A stretch of 49,529 nt of DNA from Bdellovibrionota bacterium (GTDB lineage Bacteria; Bdellovibrionota_C; UBA2361; OMII01): positions 1-49,529 of the forward strand of contig JBIJBE010000024.1 in assembly GCA_044345405.1 (NCBI GenBank), given 5' to 3'. Each line of letters begins with the position of its first letter. The stretch's first letter is position 1. Shown one piece after another: positions 47,023 to 49,529 of the stretch. The notes beneath the pieces are model-generated. The model was not told where the DNA came from. It saw only the letters and a list, made by a program, of their open reading frames with translations, and made no database searches. Both the position numbers and the translations under genes were made by a program.

Positions 47023-48292
47023 GTTCGATCACCGATACGACACGGTGTGCCGCTCCTCTATGGTGAGACCAGATCTTTCGTCCACGCTCTCCCGCCTCAC
47101 GCAATGCGGGGTCTCCGCTCACGACATGCTCAAGCAAACCCCGAACGCTCTCGCCAACTTGGATTTCGGTAAGCGCGTTGGCTGCTCGCATATCATCGAG
47201 CACCTCTGAGATAACCGAGGTATGCGGGCCGACAACAACGGGAACCCCATACATCGCGGCCTCAAGTGGATTGTGTCCACCGATATCAACCAGAGTAGCT
47301 CCGATGAAGGCGAGGCTCGCAATCGCGTACCCCTCTTCGAGCCGTCCCATCACATCAAGGAGGAGCACATCATACTCAGACCGCTCGCGACGCTCTGACC
47401 ATCGGGCCCACGGGAGCCCCGTCTTTTGAAGAGCGTCGATAAAGTAGGGAACTCTCTCCATGTGACGTGGAGCGAGAACGATCTTTACGCGCTTCCCTTC
47501 ACGACGAATAGCCTGAACGGCTTGAAGCCACACGGTCTCCTCTCCGGGATGAACGCTACCGAGGGTTACAATGGGAGTGGAATCATCGATCCCTGGAAAG
47601 AGGTCGCTTCGAAGCTGGCCACGAGAAATTGTCTCGCTGACCTTAGGAGCCGAGTCGTACTTTGTGTGCCCGGTGACATGAATAACCTCAGAGCGAACTC
47701 CGAGTTCACGGTAGCGATCGGCCTGCATTTGAGAAGCGACGCATACGGTTGAAATCTGCTCAAGGAGAGGAGCAAAGATACTTCGCGTCATCTGGTAGCG
47801 ACGAAGGGTGTAATCGGAGATCCGTCCGTTCACGATGTGGCACGGGATCCCACGCATCATGAGTTCACGCAAAAAGATCGGCCACAGCTCCGTTTCAGAC
47901 AACACGAACCTCTCGGTCCTGACTGAAGAGAGCGCCCGACGGACACACCACGGGACGTCGATGGGAAGAAGCCGCTTCGTCGTAACGGAATCCCCCGCTC
48001 TGTCGAGCCCGGTCGGAGAGGTAGAGGTAAGGAGGATTGATTGCTCAGAGTGACGGGTTCGCACCTCACCGATAAGGGGAAGGAGCCCCTGCACCTCGCC
48101 AACGGACGCGCCGTGCATCCACCATCCGCTTGGGGGAACATCACCCCATACACCGAATCGCTCGGCGTAGCGCCTCCGCCCCCGCGCGCTGCACGCCAGC
48201 CCCGCCGCCACAAAGGGCGCGGCCGCGGTCACGCCGAGCGCGTACACCCTACTTAGAATCCCAGTAGGTATCTGCTTGTTCTGTGATTCCAT
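47015..48292 (-). CDS. waaA: 3-deoxy-D-manno-octulosonic acid (Kdo) transferase
   Basis: WMHGASVGE, ETELWP, NGRIS, G.TKYD, APRH.ER, GGHNPLEAA; start uncertain. Confidence 0.93.
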   Translation of the reverse strand: MESQNKQIPTGILSRVYALGVTAAAPFVAAGLACSARGRRRYAERFGVWGDVPPSGWWMHGASVGEVQGLLPLIGEVRTRHSEQSILLTSTSPTGLDRAGDSVTTKRLLPIDVPWCVRRALSSVRTERFVLSETELWPIFLRELMMRGIPCHIVNGRISDYTLRRYQMTRSIFAPLLEQISTVCVASQMQADRYRELGVRSEVIHVTGHTKYDSAPKVSETISRGQLRSDLFPGIDDSTPIVTLGSVHPGEETVWLQAVQAIRREGKRVKIVLAPRHMERVPYFIDALQKTGLPWARWSERRERSEYDVLLLDVMGRLEEGYAIASLAFIGATLVDIGGHNPLEAAMYGVPVVVGPHTSVISEVLDDMRAANALTEIQVGESVRGLLEHVVSGDPALREAGERGRKIWSHHRGAAHRVVSVIEHG

Positions 48293-48905
48293 GGAGCGCT
48301 TCCTGAATTCTGACCCGGGCGTTGTTGCGGTCCTCATCGGGCGGTATCGCGATCGGCTCTGAGAAGACGATCACTCCCCGAGAGAAGGGTCTCGGAACGA
48401 TCATCCGATCCCAAGAGGGGATCACAAACCGCTCTTCAACCGAATAGGTCACCGGTTGTACGGTGATACCCGCTTGCTGAGCTAACGTCACCACACCTTT
48501 TTTGCACACATGTCGAGGACCTTTAGGCCCATCGGGGGTAATCCCGATACTCGCCCCCTCCTCAAGCCTCCGCATAAGCTCAAGGGTCGCGGCGACCCCC
48601 CGTCGAGAGGAGGAACCGGCTACCGATCTAATACCGAGCAACTTGATGGCGAAGGCGATGAGACGACCATCCCCGTGTTGGCTGATAAGCATATAGAGAG
48701 GTCGCTTCTCCCGTTTGGTGTACCACCGGGGCAACATCAACATCCGGCCGTGCCAGAAGGCGTAGATATTTTGCCCAGAGAGCGATACCCCATTCGGCAT
48801 GACACACTCCCACCGGATCGTTGCGTAGAGAAGACGGATTAACCCTGCGGCGAGCCCGCCGAAGAGGTAGATCTGTACCGTTTTGAGAATGCCAGCCCGT
48901 GCCAT
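48249..48905 (-). CDS. DUF374 / lysophospholipid acyltransferase family protein
   Basis: FWHG, ISQHGDG, GSSSR.G, ITPDGPKGP, SWDR...P.PF; lies next to waaA and lpxK. Confidence 0.85.
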   Translation of the reverse strand: MARAGILKTVQIYLFGGLAAGLIRLLYATIRWECVMPNGVSLSGQNIYAFWHGRMLMLPRWYTKREKRPLYMLISQHGDGRLIAFAIKLLGIRSVAGSSSRRGVAATLELMRRLEEGASIGITPDGPKGPRHVCKKGVVTLAQQAGITVQPVTYSVEERFVIPSWDRMIVPRPFSRGVIVFSEPIAIPPDEDRNNARVRIQEALHGITEQADTYWDSK

Positions 48906-48946
48906 CGGGGGTAGTCTACCTGGGCAACGGACAAGAGGTCAAAACC

Positions 48947-49339
48947 CTACCTTCTACAAGTTGAACAGGTAGTTAGGGCGTGACCTCGAAGCGTTACACC
49001 GGAGGGAACTCGCACCGTCGAAACGTAGACAGCTCTCGCGCGAGGCCCAAGCTTCTTGGGGCCTCGAAGCGGAAATGAGAGGCCCTGCGCGGCTGGGAGG
49101 GAAACAACGATATCCTTCGCCGGCACGTCCCCAATGTTCGTCACTTGAACAGACACGTACCTAACCTCCCGCTGTCCACTCTTGCCACTGACAACGTATG
49201 AGGGAACTTCTGCTCGAAGGGTCGTGACCACCTCACGGTGTCGTGCCGGCTCCTCAGCGGGGGCCTTCCTCTTCGCGGCAGCCGCCTCGTGGACTACAGA
49301 CAGGATCATAAGGATTGAGAACAGACGATAAAGAGCCAT
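48947..49339 (-). CDS. Putative exported hypothetical protein (Ig/CARDB-like beta strands, terminal CxxC)
   Basis: Signal-like N-terminus, V.VTNIGDVPAKDI.V pattern, AGGAG RBS. Confidence 0.6.
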   Translation of the reverse strand: MALYRLFSILMILSVVHEAAAAKRKAPAEEPARHREVVTTLRAEVPSYVVSGKSGQREVRYVSVQVTNIGDVPAKDIVVSLPAAQGLSFPLRGPKKLGPRARAVYVSTVRVPSGVTLRGHALTTCSTCRR

Positions 49340-49529
49340 ACGCTCCTATCGATGTTCGGATGAAAAAGTTGCTACACAACCGAGAGAGGGAACGCGCATC
49401 AAGGTTCCCTACGGGTAGTGGAGGGATGCCCCATGCTCTGGTCCAATCCTCTGGTACTCCAATTCTCTGGTACACCCTACTCTTCTTTCCCCATACCCGG
49501 GCTACTTTCTCACGACCTCTCCCGAAACT

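Overview
This is a bacterial chromosomal window of moderately high GC. Its gene content suggests a diderm, deltaproteobacteria/Bdellovibrionota-like organism (inference). Most of it is housekeeping and envelope genes: the 3' part of a class A PBP, a GspL/M/N-like trio, ftsK, an M16 peptidase pair, YihY, a sigma-54 response regulator, ppc, an lptD-rmlB-rmlD-manC-gmd-rmd run, accD, Nif3, pgk, fahA, a hybrid histidine kinase, uvrC, lpxK, waaA and a DUF374-like acyltransferase. Four accessory signals stand out. (1) A stand-alone 255-aa gene (16697-17464, minus) whose 3' end resembles a diversity-generating retroelement (DGR) variable region, followed by T-rich short repeats and a GAA-loop hairpin; I found no reverse transcriptase or template repeat in the window. 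(2) A 1958-aa protein joining an N-terminal M48-like HExxH metallopeptidase to a C-terminal degenerate ABC1/UbiB-like kinase. (3) A RAYT-type HUH transposase bracketed by inverted copies of a 16-bp motif that is locally amplified. (4) Intergenic ACGT-core hexamer and heptamer arrays. All calls come from reading motifs by eye; no searches were run.
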